Below are positions 1 to 12,300 of a stretch of DNA of 47,942 bases, piece by piece. The DNA comes from Chromera velia (taxonomy: Eukaryota). A program made the translations under genes and the position numbers. The stretch lies in the NCBI GenBank assembly GCA_018398765.1, contig JAHBMJ010000409.1, forward strand, positions 1-47,942, written 5' to 3'. The notes beneath the pieces are model-generated. The model was not told the origin of the DNA and did no database searches. It was given only the letters and a program-made list of their open reading frames with translations. Numbering within the stretch: position 1 is the first letter of the stretch; the number at the start of each line of letters is the position of its first letter.

Positions 1-32
<32 letters not shown>

Positions 33-952
33 CCCCTCCATCTCCCCTTTCCGTTTCTTTCTTTGTTGCTTGCCTGCCTTTTGTCTGTCCTTCCTTCACC
101 CCCTCTCCCTTGGTTCCTTCCTTTCTTATGGCTCTGTAGAGAAGGGACCTGAAGACTGATCGACTGCATGCATGATTTCACCACTATGATCCCTCTCGCT
201 TCCTGTCCCTTCCTTTCACATACATACCAGAATCGAAGAGGGAGATGAACCTCATGCACCTGCTGCAACTCGACAGTCCGTCCGGGTGGAACGTCTTCTG
301 TCTCCAGATAGGAAGGCTTCGGTGGGGGATCGAGGGAGGGACGGTATCTGCATGCATGCACAGCATGTCTCGACGCAAAAAGCAGCTATGAGGAGGCCTG
401 CAGGCAGAGGGCAGTTACTATGCCCCAAAGCTGGCTTTGAATTCGCACCTCTGCCTCTTCTTGCCAGACGGAGTGTCGGCCAGTGATGAGTGCCTGCAGG
501 GGGCAAAATCCCGCGTGTGACAAGAAGCCACCGTGCATACAGACAGGAAGACCGACCACCCTTCTGGCTGAGAAAGTGATTGCTTGACACACCGCCTCAC
601 TGACTGACCGCGTTCATTCCCCGGTTGAGTGAGAACTTCAATCGAGACTCTCCTACGTGTTTGCTTGTTTGCTGCCACAATTCTGCCCATGCAGTTTTTC
701 TTTGCGAGAAGAATGTCAGACAATTCTTCCGCTGATGCAGTAGACTCCGCTAGTGCCTGTTTTTGTGCCCGAGAAGCGTCCGATTTGTGGTGTCTTCGAC
801 CTGGAAGGCCTGAACAAGTCAGTCCAAACTCATGCCGTCTCCGTCTCCTGAAACCTCTCGCATTCATGCACTCTTTCAATTTCTCTGTCTAGACGCCGCC
901 CTTTTCCCTCGCTATCCGCCGATGTCATCACCTTCAATCTCTGTCTGTATTC

Positions 953-2913
953 GTGCATGCTTTTGTGATGCAAGCTGCAGAATACCGACATACGTACAAA
1001 CAAACAGGAGGTCCCTCTCTCTCACTGCATGCAAACATACCACAACCCTCCGCCTACATCCCAACTGCACGAGCCTTGTTTATTCTTTGCGCCTCCCCCC
1101 ATCTGCTGAGCTGTCTCCCACGTGAACATACTTTTGGGTTACATGCTGGTACCTCCACAAAGTTTTTGGAGGAAGTTCTTTTTACATGTCTGCTATTTCG
1201 ACCTGCTTGCAGCCACGAAAAGATCTCCCGAGACCCATTTTCAGTGGACAATTTTTGTCACTGGGCGGAGGAATGGGCAAAGGAATTTCCGTGCTATGAC
1301 GGAGAGATTCGAGTGAAGGGCCTGCCTGCGGGGTATGGGGAGATAGTGTGCGTTGTTTCGAAGCAAAGCAGCTACCGGGAGCCATGCAGGCAGAGGGCGG
1401 TTGAGGCCAGCAAGCAGGCTGTCAGTGCTGCGCCTCTTCTCGACCTGAGGTGGCAGCCAGTCAGGGATGCCTGGGGCTACACGTGCTTCCAGCAGTTCTA
1501 CGCCCCGCCTCCCACGCAGTTGCCAGTGCCTGCGGAGAAGGCCGTAAAGGCACATGAGCGGTGGAGGGAGGAGCAGGTGGTCGAGCTCAAGCTAGAGGAG
1601 GGGGTTTACTGTGGTGGAGAGAGAGCGAGATGAAGGTCAGGAAGCACACCGTGGCAGTGGTGTTGCAGCAGGGGCAGCAACCCACTTTGATGAAGGGAGC
1701 TTCAGTGGTGCAGAAGGGGGCGGACACCAACGTGGTTTGCATCTCCTTGGCAAAGTGTCTGGAGTTTCGTGATTTTTTGTATGGGATCTTTGATGGCGAC
1801 ATGGAGTGCTTGATGGAGACAGTGCATGCCCTCGTTTCTCGGCCCTGGCGGTTTTGTCAGGCAAGCCGATCTTCAGGCGAGCTTGACAGAGTCTCCTTCT
1901 GTCTCCTTCTTCCTCCTCACCCTCACACCGACGACCTGCAACGACCTCCTGAGAGTCCTCCCTCCCCAACAGAGGATCAAGATCGACATGCATCGACAGG
2001 TGGAGGTACTACCGTCGCGGGGGGCGCGTACCTCCACGCTGGCTGCCTCCTCCTCTGCCTCCTGTTCAGCCGGCTCCCGACCAGGGAGCGCTCCCGAGCC
2101 CCTCCCAGGCAGCTCCTGCCGCTGCTGCTGCTGCGTCGCCCCCCCCCTCCCCTCAGCCGCCTGCCACCCCGGTAGGTGCCCCTGCTCCCAAGCCCAAACG
2201 AGGTACTCCCGAAGATGGTCGGGGAGAATCTGCTGGCAAGGGTGGGAAGAAGAGGGAAGAAAAGCCCTCAACAGGCGAAACAGCAGTCAGGCATGTGGGC
2301 AAAAAAGGGGCGTTGGAGCTTTCACCTGTCACCGCTCCTCCCTTCCAGAACGTCGGAGGGGCCCCAGCCCCCACTCATGCAGCTGCCCCCTTTGGGCCCC
2401 TTCCAGCCGTGCAGGCCGGTTTCGAGCAGCCCCCAGCTGGCCTGCCTACTTTGTTCATATCCCTCCATAACGATGAAGGGGCCGCCTCCAGTCATGCAGC
2501 TGCCTCCGCTGAGCCCCTTCCAGCCGTGCAGGCCGGTTTCGAGCAGCCTCCAGCCGGCACGCCCGTCATGTACATTGCGGACAGGAAGGGCACATTTTTG
2601 GTCCCTTTATGGGATGGCCGCAAGTGCCCGGAGTGTGGCAATGGAAGCGTCTGTTTCTCTGTGCATGCCTACATCTACTGGGACGGCCCCACGGAAATCC
2701 GTCTGGGGAAGCTGATGTGCAGGCATGATTCGTGCATGTGGAATTTGGGTGTGATCCCTGTGATGCCTTTGGGGGAGGCTTCTCAAGAGGAGGAGGAGGA
2801 GAAGGTTCTCATGCAAACTGCGGGTACCCTCCGGGGGCAGAGAAGCCTTTGAAGATTGCGATCGCCCCCAAGAGAGCGGACACAATGTTTTGGATTGCCT
2901 TCGGATCCGACCG
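953..2913 (+). pseudogene. Fragmented or frameshifted coding region of unknown function; Pro/Ala-rich middle and C-terminal Cys cluster (CPECG...CRHDSC)
   Basis: Overlapping GC-rich ORFs in different frames (953-1633, 1561-2175, 1826-2470, 2295-2852) read like one protein broken by frameshifts. There is a donor-like accg|gtgagg at ~2913 and a possible further exon at ~3402-3630. No firm family assignment. Confidence 0.35.
2376..2560 (+). repeat. Internal coding duplication, ~66-bp unit, ~117-bp period
   Basis: catgcagctgcc...ccccttccagccgtgcaggccggtttcgagcagcc occurs twice. The copies encode HAAAPFGPLPAVQAGFEQPPAG and HAAASAEPLPAVQAGFEQPPAG. Confidence 0.85.
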
Positions 2914-3780
2914 GTGAGGATTTCATGGTCATGTTGTTTCCGAATTGTTTGTCACTTTAATTATGATGCAAAAGAGTTATAGACTATGCATTGCACAGTG
3001 AGAGAGAGTCTTTGAATGTCTGGGGTAGTTTATCAGTAGGGAACGCCACAAACCTGAAAGCAGATAAGGAAAGAAAACACGTACAGCTGCCCATCCATAG
3101 AGAGATAATGAGAGAAAAAAGTCTTGAGAGAGAGCCTGTTTTATTTGCTGTCTGCATTCCTGTACGTTTTTGTCTGCTCGGCGTGGCGTCTGTCTATATT
3201 TCTGTTTCTGCCTTTTTTCCTTCTCGTTTGTTTTTGTGCGTGTGTGGGTGGGTGGGTCTGGACCAGGTCTGGTCACGTCATTGAAACATCACTTACTCTT
3301 AAACGTCTTCTTGCGTGTATAATCATCGGATGCTTGTCTGCTTCCCTCCCCCTTTGCCCTCCTCTTCGAATCTCTATCTACATGATTCTGCATGCGTGCA
3401 GCTGAGAATTTGTCTGAGACATCGTCAGCCAGCTCACGGGGGCCCCCCGTCTCAAAGGGGGCCAGCATCAACTCGTGGCTCTTCGATGCGTTCCAAGCCA
3501 TGGCACGTCCGCGCTGAAAAAGCTACATGCAGGTTTGTGCGTCAGTGCGCGAATGTGATTGGCATTGATGAGGACAGTGGAGGGAGCAAGTACGTCAGAA
3601 AGAGTCAGTGGGACGTCAAGACCTTTGCATAGTTGCTTCTTTTATTTATTCTTCTAATCGCTGCATGGTGCCTCTCAGCAATTCGTGGCGGACAATTAAG
3701 GGGAGACAAGAAACAAGTCGGCGTGCGAGAGGCAGTTTGATTCATTTTTCTGTTTCACACTTCTATGTGAGTGAATACTG

Positions 3781-4105
3781 GTGCCTCCAGACAGTCAGAG
3801 GAGGACAGGGGGGGGCGAGCAAAGAAGACGGCGTGCGGGGCTGTGCGGGAGGCAGAAGACTCCCTTTTTTCTCTCTTTCAACATTTCTGTCTGCGTGAAT
3901 GCTTGAATGCTGCCAGTGGTGCCTCCAGAGTAGTCAGAGGAGAACAGGGGGGGCGAGCAAAGAAGACGGCGTGCGGGGCTGTGCGGGAGGCAGAAGATTC
4001 CCTTTTTTCTCTGTTTCGACGTTTCTGTCTGCATGAATGCGTGAATGCTTGAATGCTCGAATTCTGGACCAGGTGCCTCCAGACAGTCAGAGGAGGACAG
4101 AGGGG
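3781..4105 (+). repeat. Tandem repeat, ~137-154-bp unit, two copies plus a partial third
   Basis: ggtgcctccaga..gtcagagga..acag starts at 3781, 3918 and 4072. The core gcgagcaaagaagacggcgtgcggggctgtgcgggaggcagaaga is shared by the first two copies. Confidence 0.9.
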
Positions 4106-4184
4106 CATGCTTCAATTTAAATGCCTCCAAACATCTGGTGGAGGACATGATTTAAATACATGATGCGGTGAAAAACCCTTTAAT

Positions 4185-5417
4185 ATGTCATACATGTAAG
4201 TCGTCAAACAAGATTATGTTTGTACTCCCTGGCAGGCTCGTACTTTTCTAGATGTTTTTGATATTCGGAGATTGGTTTGATTTTAGGGTACAGCTTTATA
4301 ATTGAAATATAGTAAAAGTAAAAACACGATGAATATAGATTCATATTTGCGGTCCTAGGGCCGATGTTAGAATGTGAAAACATTCATAATTAACAAAATA
4401 ATTTTTATTTAGAGCCTACAGACTAGAGGACATACCTAAGCCGTGCACTAGATAAATAAAAAAATAAAAAAAGTTTTTTTTTATCCATTATTTTTTTATT
4501 TATCACTCCCTTAACTATAGATGAACAACTGTTGTTTAAGTGTTGCATAAGTGTTGCAGGGAGTGTTGCATAAAAAATAACTGTTGTTTAGTGAATGAAT
4601 AAATAAAAAAATAAAAAACTAGCAAAACTGTTTTTCTTCTTTCTTTTTTTATTGATGCTTTCACTACTAGGCAACGCACAGTGACTTTTTTTTTTAGAGA
4701 TCCCTATGTCAGTGTGTGGAGTCTAGGAATTAACTAGAATTAACCGTCAATCATTATGATCACCATATAAATTTAAACCATTAAAAATATTATTGTCTAT
4801 AGAATATTAATTGTATTGGGAAAAAAATATGCATATTTTAAATTTATTATTTTTTTATGAGATGATATTTACGACAGTCGTGTACCTAGTTATGTGCGTT
4901 TAGACGTCGGCTGTAAGAATAAAAAAAAAAATCCCCCTACATCAGTGAGATAACTCGCAGGTAAAAAAATAATTATTACCCTTATTTAAATTCTTAAATA
5001 GTGAATATCGGTTTTTGATAATTATTATTGGGGTCAAAAAGTAAAATACATTGAATGAGTATCCAACGTCTGAATTAAAGTTATAGTTGATGTTTTTGCA
5101 AGTCTTTTTATATAATTATTTCATCAATGAACAAACTTGAAATATTTAAGCCACAATTTGTAGATAAATACACTGCAATTTGATAATCTGTATAATTATT
5201 ATTGTCATTATGAAGAAACTGAACTTCAATAATGATTATCAAAAAATGATAATGATTATCAAATTATTAATATCAATTTTTAATAATAATTATTGAAAGT
5301 ACAAACGATTTATTTCACTGATGTAGTAATTAAACCTTTTGATGCTTTGAATTACTTCGGATTAAACAATTGTTTTTTGAATGTTGCACAAGTGTACACG
5401 TTTTTCATGTATGACAT
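4185..5417. mobile_element. AT-rich block, possible decayed non-autonomous DNA transposon
   Basis: Abrupt AT-rich, ORF-free segment. It is bounded by the inverted repeat atgtcatacatg (4185-4196) / catgtatgacat (5406-5417), which extends imperfectly to ~20 bp. No TSD seen. Confidence 0.35.
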
Positions 5418-5519
5418 GATGTGTATTCAAATCTTTGTTGATAGTGATTGACCTACAGTGTGTTACCCACTGCGGCACCTGACGCGTGAGTCGTGACCTT
5501 AAACGACGACGGTGCCTGA

Positions 5520-6545
5520 CTACCACCCGACGACCTCTCTGCGCTGCTCTTTTGGAACGTCCTGAAGATCCACCTCAAGCTCTCTTCCCACCCTCTTGGC
5601 CCACAGGTAGAGCCGCACATTCGGCCACCCCGGCCCCATGCCTGTCCCCTTCCTATTCATCACATTCTCAAGTACCCTAAACTCCTCGGGATACTTCTCC
5701 TTGTAGTAGAACAGCTCCAAGGACCGCGCCTGATCGTACACGTACATATTCGTCTCCCCACTCGCGCCATCCGTCGGCCTCTGCAGCTTGACGAGGAACC
5801 GCTTGTCCCCGTACCTGTTGGAGGGAACCGCCCGGGTCCCCATGCTGCCGATGCGGCCTGTAGTGAAGGAAATCATGTGCCGGTCCGCAGCTCGGGAAGG
5901 CATTTCTGGGACGATGGGCAGACGGAGCGCCTGCCCGACTGTCTCTGCTGAAGAGGAGGAAGACGAGGAAGAGGAGGCGCTCTCTCCGTCTCCCTCTGCT
6001 GCCGTGCTGCCCGAAGACTTCGTTACCTGCTGTTCGGCTCGACACTCCTGCTTGTGCCTTGCACGCCAGTCCGCTCTCTGACATTCTCTCGAGCAGTACG
6101 CGACGGCGCTGTGGACAGACCGGCAAGAAGATAGACAGACGCAACGATTGATTTTCTTCTTCTTTTATTTCACTCATGTACGAGTATGATTCTTCTCTGG
6201 ATCGAACAGACAGTCAGAAGGATGGATGCATGGATAGACAGATAGATAGACGGATAAGTCAACCCACCCCAAGGTAGCAGGGCACGCAAGAAAGCAGAGA
6301 AATGGAAATGATGCAAAACTAGCGCAGACACACAGCACAAGAGGGAAGAGTGTCGGACACGATGAGAAAGAGGCCGTTTTGTGTCAGGATAAAACAGTAC
6401 GAAAGTTCGTCCATTCACTCATTTTTCTTCCATGTAGATGGACGCACATCAAGAACAAAAATGGTGACAGGGAGGCACATCACAGATTAGTTCCTGGAGA
6501 CAGAACGAGAGAGAAGACCCTCGAGTGCTTTCTGTGTGCGTCTGC

Positions 6546-6577
<32 letters not shown>

Positions 6578-8612
6578 TTTTTCTTTCTTTCTTTCTTTGC
6601 TTCTTTCTTTCTTTCTTTTTCTGTTTCTCTGTGTACAGTTTGACTGTCGGCCAAACACTGATTGACTGTCTACCTGACTGACTGGCTGACTGAGTGAAGA
6701 ACTGACCGGCAGCCTCCGCACTTCTGGAAGGTCACGTTTTGTTTTCCACAGGTCCTGCACTCTTCCTGTTTCTTCAATTCCTTCTCTGCGCTCTTCCAGC
6801 TTCCCTCTGGGGCCTCCACGGGAGTCAACACGGAGAGTTGCACCTGCATGCATGCACAGGGATTGGAAGAGGAAAAACATGTGAGAGAAAACAGCACCAA
6901 GTTTGATTTTGTTGGTGAATTCAGAGACAAGGGGGAGAGAAGTTAAGAACAGAAAAGCTTTGCAAAGGGAGATTATGAGACAAAAGAAAGCACGGAATGC
7001 AGCCTGGCAGATGAAAATAAGAACATTCAGTAAGGAGCTCGACACAGGAGGACTTCGTTCTTTACCGCACAATCAAATGAGAGCTGCTCGACTGACTAAC
7101 CTTCGAATCACCCCGAGCTGGAAGTCCCAGTGCCTGCATCCACTCTCTCCTGACCCCCTCTTCAACGCAAATCCCTCTCGTTCCCTTCTGCTGACTCCCT
7201 TCTTCACTCGCCTCTTGAAGGAATGAGACGAACCGATCTAGCTCGGGTCGTGTGCACTTAGTCTTCCCGAAAGCGTGATCCTTCTGCACTTTCTCTCCTC
7301 CCAACATGGACTGGAAAACTCTCATCGTGGAGGCCTTTCTGAGGTCTGCTTTGGTGGTGAGCATGTATGCACACACTACGAGAAGCATCGGGTCTCGGAC
7401 AGGCAGAATGTTTTCGGGTTTGACTGCAATGCATTCGGCTTCTCCCGTCTCTTGAGAGAACGCATGGGCCTCTGGAAACCCCCAAGTGATGCCCCCCTCT
7501 GCAGCAGGGGATGCAGATGCAGGCTGGAGTGTCACACACACACGCACCCTTTTTTTGTCTGAGATCCATGACCCCTTTCTGATGAAACCACAGAGACCAT
7601 TCAACTCGGGACGAGACTTGAGACCACACAGAACCACCCAGCCTTCACTTTCTTTGCCTGGTTCTTCCTTCTCTTTGCCCTCTACGAGACGCAGCAACGC
7701 AAGCCGATGCTTCGGCACATCCACAGTCGTCACTACCCCCTCCCCCTCAGCCCCCCTTTCCTTTTCAATGTCAATTTTCCATCCTGTCATGGGACCAGAA
7801 GAAGACGAAGAGGAAACAATGCAGGGAGACCTGACGACTCCTACCTTCCCACCTATCTCCCCTTCTTCAATTTCCCCATGTCCCTCCCCCTTCAGCACCA
7901 CCACCCTCATGCCCTCAGGAAGGGACCCTCCTGCTTTGTATCTCAACGTTCTCATGCTTTTGCCCTCATCACCCTTCCCAGTTTCCCCCTCCCCGTCTGC
8001 GTCTGCGTCCCCTTCATTCTTTTTGCCAACCCCCCCTGTTCCCTTTGCCTTATCTTGATCCTCGAAACGATCATTGTCATGGGGCAGAAAGCTCATCCGG
8101 ATGTCCAGGGGTCGAACGATCACTCCCTTCTCCTTGTCTGTCGCTTCATAGATGTGGACAACGACCTTCTGCGACAGCTGTTTGACACAGGTGAGGAGGT
8201 CCGTTCTGAAGTCCAGGTACACGTTCTCTCCACAAGGGAGGGCAGTGCTCAGGAATTTGAACCTCTCCTCCAAGGAGAACATCTGGGAGAAGTGCCCCTC
8301 TAGAGGGCCGCTACTCCTTGCAACCCCCAAACCATACATGAGGTTCATCGCGGGGTTGTCCGTCTCGCTTTCGGCAGGTGTGTGGAACCACCGACGGAGA
8401 CGGCTAACGACCAGGCCATCAACGTCGACCAGCCTTCGGATTTTCAAACTTTTCCAAAGCTTCTCTTGCTCGCGCAACACAGCCTCGCGAAGCTGGCTGG
8501 ACTTCTCTGGCACATCAAAGTTGTGCTTTCTCAGCCACGTGGTCATTTGATCCTTCGACCAAGAGGAGGGGTCACCGGAGTAGTCGGACTCCTCGAACTC
8601 GGAAGTGCTCAT
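5520..8612 (-). CDS. MYND-type zinc finger protein, 3 exons (8612-7101, 6843-6707, 6108-5520), ~745 aa
   Basis: GT-AG introns have compatible phases (0, 2). Splicing reconstitutes a complete MYND finger, CRTCGKQNVTFQKCGGCR|AVAYCSRECQRADWRARHKQEC. Exon 1 contains a VVLCGLKSRPELNG...IAVKPENI SH3-like module. The C-terminal domain reads FLVKLQ...MYVYDQARS...LYLWAKRVG. Confidence 0.9.
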
Positions 8613-8853
8613 CTTGTGTGTGAAGAGATAGAGGGACGAAGGGAGTACTCAGAGGTGTCAATGCAAAGGTCTCGGTCGAAAATGTCTGTCTGTCTGCCTG
8701 TATGTCTACACAGACGTTTGTGGTATAATGAGCTTTTGGATCGGACGTCTCAAACACTTCACTTGAATCCTGTCGAATTGAAGAATTAACCAAAAGCGTG
8801 GTATATTAAACAGTTGACAAGCCGTCTCCGCGCGTTCCGTCTCCTCTTGCAAC

Positions 8854-8871
8854 TGCATGCATGCCATGCAT
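8854..8871. promoter_or_regulatory. TGCATGCA/GCATGC motif cluster in the divergent MYND / SecA-like intergenic region
   Basis: tgcatgcatgccatgcat lies between two head-to-head ATGs ~740 bp apart. TGCATGCA is a known ApiAP2-bound motif in apicomplexans. A regulatory role here is inferred. Confidence 0.3.
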
Positions 8872-9350
8872 ACAAAAGCCGTCTCCACGGATCCGTCTCC
8901 GACCCCCTCTCACAGTCTTCACCTTAGTTCAAGCATTCCAATGCTCCTCTGAAACATTGCTTTGTCTGCAGCCGTCCAAAACTTCTCATTTCCCTGTACA
9001 GCCTACAGGTTAGCCCTGTGCAGAAGCAGTAAAAGAGTTTGTTTGTCGAAAAGCGCCCACAAGTTGTTCCATGATGATCTGAGGATCAGAGTACTAACTT
9101 TGCACGGGAATCGACAGGCTTCTGCTTCTGAGTGTCACACACGCACAACGCAAAGACGCGGAGAAAAACCCGCAAGAATTAAAAGGCATCCTGAATCGTT
9201 CACGTCCAGCATCAGCTTGCCACAGTGAGGAAGGTGTTTGCCTACCGGCTAACCTTCGTGAGTCGCTCAAATCTGACTGTCAACACGGGAAACCGCGCAA
9301 AGGCAGGAAGACCCGGGGTTTGAAAGGAGGCAGGCAGGAAGAGAGAGAGG

Positions 9351-12300
9351 ATGAAGAGGGCCTTCTGGAGAGGGCTCCGCCTCTCCTCCCACTCTCTCTG
9401 GAGGGCACAGATCGCCGCAGCAGCTGCTGCCGTGCCTGCCCTCTGTGTGTGTTGTGGCCTCGCGGCGTCTGACGACAGAGACCCTTCTAGGCCCCCCTTT
9501 TCCTTTTCCTTTTCATTTGGGCAGTGGTCTCTGCATCCGCTTTCTTTCATTGTGGGGAGCCGTCCGGTTTTTGCACAGGGGTCCAGAACGAAGTCTGTGA
9601 GGGAGACGGAGCTGAGGGAACTGCTCTCAAGGGCAGAGACGGGGGAGTGGAGACTGGGGGGGACAGAGGAGGCACTGCTAAGAGAGCGGATGGCACGCTT
9701 CGCCTGTGAAGAGGCGCGTGTATCTCACATTTCTTTGTCACAACTACAGAAGGAGACGGTAGAGCTCCGAAAGAGCCTGGAAGACAAGAGCAAGGGCAAG
9801 GGAAAGACGGGAGGAGTAGATGAGGAGACGCTGGCACGTTTTGTTGCTCTCCTGTGCAGAGCGTCTGAGGTTCTTCTCGGCAAGCGGCCCCGCACGGCAC
9901 AGATTGCGGCCCTCCTTCTGCTCTGCAACCATAATGGAGAGAGAGACGGGAGTGTGAGCAGAAGCAGGAGCAGAGGGTGGCTCTTGCAGTTTCTCACAGG
10001 AGAGGGGAAGACGCTGGTGATTGCGTTCCTTGCTCTGAAACTTTCCTTCCTAGAGGGAAGGAAGGTCGATGTGGCCACTGCCTCCCCTCTGTTGGCATCG
10101 AGAGACGCAGAGGAGATGAGACCTCTCTTTGGGGCGTTCGGAATTTCGGTTAGTGAAGATGACCAATGAGCACAAACCAACTTGTTGAAGTTGGAAAGAG
10201 GGGGTGAGAGGTTGCGCACATGTGTCATGAGTGTTTCGTAAGGGCTGAACGCAGCCGGTCTCTGTTCGTTCTTTTTTCTAATGAATCCCTCCTTCTCCTG
10301 TCTCTCTGTCCATCTGCATGCCGGTCCGTATGGAAAAGACACAAAAAAGACACCGTCTGCCTCTATATCTGAGAGACGAGAAACAAACAAACAAACAAAC
10401 AAACAAAGAAAGAAAGAAAGAAAGGAAGGAAGGAAGGAAGGAAGGAAGGAAAGAAAGGAAGGAAGGAAGGAAGGAAGGAAGGAAAGAAAGAAAGAAAGGA
10501 AGGAAGGAAGGAAGGAAGAAAGGAAGAAAGGAAGAAAGGAAGAAAGGAAGGAAGGAAGGAAGAAAGAAAAGAAAGAAAGAAAGAAAGGAAGGAAGGAAGG
10601 AAGGAAGGAAAGAAAGAAAGAAAGAAAGAAAGAAGGAAAGAAAGAGGAGAAAGAAAGAAAGAAAGAAAGAAAGAAAAGAAAGAAAAGAAAGAAAAGAAAG
10701 AAAGAAAGAAAGAAAGAAAAAAAAAGAAAGAAAGAAGGAAAGAAAGAAGGAAGGAAGAAGGAAGGAAGGAAGGAAGGAAGAAAGAAAAAGAGAAAAAGAG
10801 AGAAGGAGGGAAAAGAAGAGAAAGAAAGAAAAAAAGAAAAAAGAGAAAAGGAGGGGGGGGGGAAAGAAAAAAAGAGAAAGAGAGCAAGAAAGAAAAAAAC
10901 AAGAGAAATCGAAAAAGAGACAAGGAGGGAAAAAAAGAGAAAGAAAGAAAAAAAGAAGCAAAAAAAGAAGCTGTTTAGTCCAACATGTCTGTCTCTATCT
11001 CTTTCCCTCCCAGGTCGGCCACACATGCGACGACTCCACGTCAGAGCCCGACGAGGTCTTCGATCGCGTCTACTCGAAGGACGTCGTGTACATGGACTGC
11101 AATCAGGTGGGGGGGGGGNNNNNNNNNNNNNNNNNNNGGGGGGGGGGGGGGCGGGTGATGCAGACAGGCAGGTTGAAGGAAGGTATTTCTTTGCTTGGCT
11201 TGTTGTGGCGTCTTTAGCGTGTTGACGGGCGTGTGTGCATGTGTTGTGTGTCCGGAGTGCTTATGTGAAGGGCGTGGGAGAAGAATCCCCTGCAGGCGGA
11301 AAGCTGGGCGTGGAGAGGGATCAAGGGTGTGTGAGTAAAAGGTTGCATGTCAAGTTTGTTGGTCGAGAGCGGAGAAAGAGAAAGAGAGACAAAGAAAGAG
11401 TTAGAGAGAGAGAAGCCAGCGTCCCCTTTGATCGATGGCCGTGTCGGGATTGCATTAATTGGCTCATCTACTTCCGTTACCGTTTTTGTCTTTCTTTTCT
11501 TTTCTTTCCTGCAGGGTCAGGCCGACCTCATTCTCCACGAATTCTACGGAGACGGGAGAAGGGGGGAGAGAAAGACGGACGTCCTCATCGCAGATGAGGT
11601 TGGTTCGTTGGTTTGTGGCTTCTCCCTCTTGCATGCTGATCTGACAGAATGGTTTGGCCAGAGCGGTGCCTGGGTTTTCACGCGCACAGGCAGGAAGGAG
11701 ACCAGAAAAGAGACAGACCGTTGATTCATGGTGGAGAAAGTCGTTCAACAAGAGTCAAGCAAAACGTAAACAGAGGGACGGGTTGGCAAAGTGGATGTGC
11801 GTGCACAGACAGAACAGTACGCTGAACAAAAACAAGGCCAGGAAGTTCATCGCTTCCCAAATCCAAACGAGACACTCACTCCAGCGATGCCTTCACTTCC
11901 AGCACCCATGCAGGGTTCTCTCTAATCCAACCTCTGCAGGAGCCGAATCGGATTTATGAATGGAAGGAAGGAAGGAGCGATGTGCGCCTTCATGTGGAAC
12001 GGATCCCCCGTGCATCCATGAGTCCATGCAGGTGGACAACCTGTTTGTGGACAGGCTCCGGTTCGGCACGAAGTTTGCTGAACACCTGGGAGGTGCGGAG
12101 GTCCTGACTCCTCTGTTGCTGGACGTCTACGCCAGGGTGGGTTGGTGGGAGGTCGGGTTGTCTCTTCACAAGTTTCATCATGCCCCCATAGTTCTGCAAG
12201 TGAGAGAGAGTAGTGGTGCGTCAGGTAGTGTCTCGATGAATTAATTGAGCAGGTGAAGGAGAGACAGTGTAGGCAGGAAGAAAGCAGAACGTGTCAGTGA

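Noticed and set aside
9725..11225. Long K/R/E-rich and F/L/S-rich ORFs
   Set aside because: Translations of the intronic GAAA/GGAA microsatellite.
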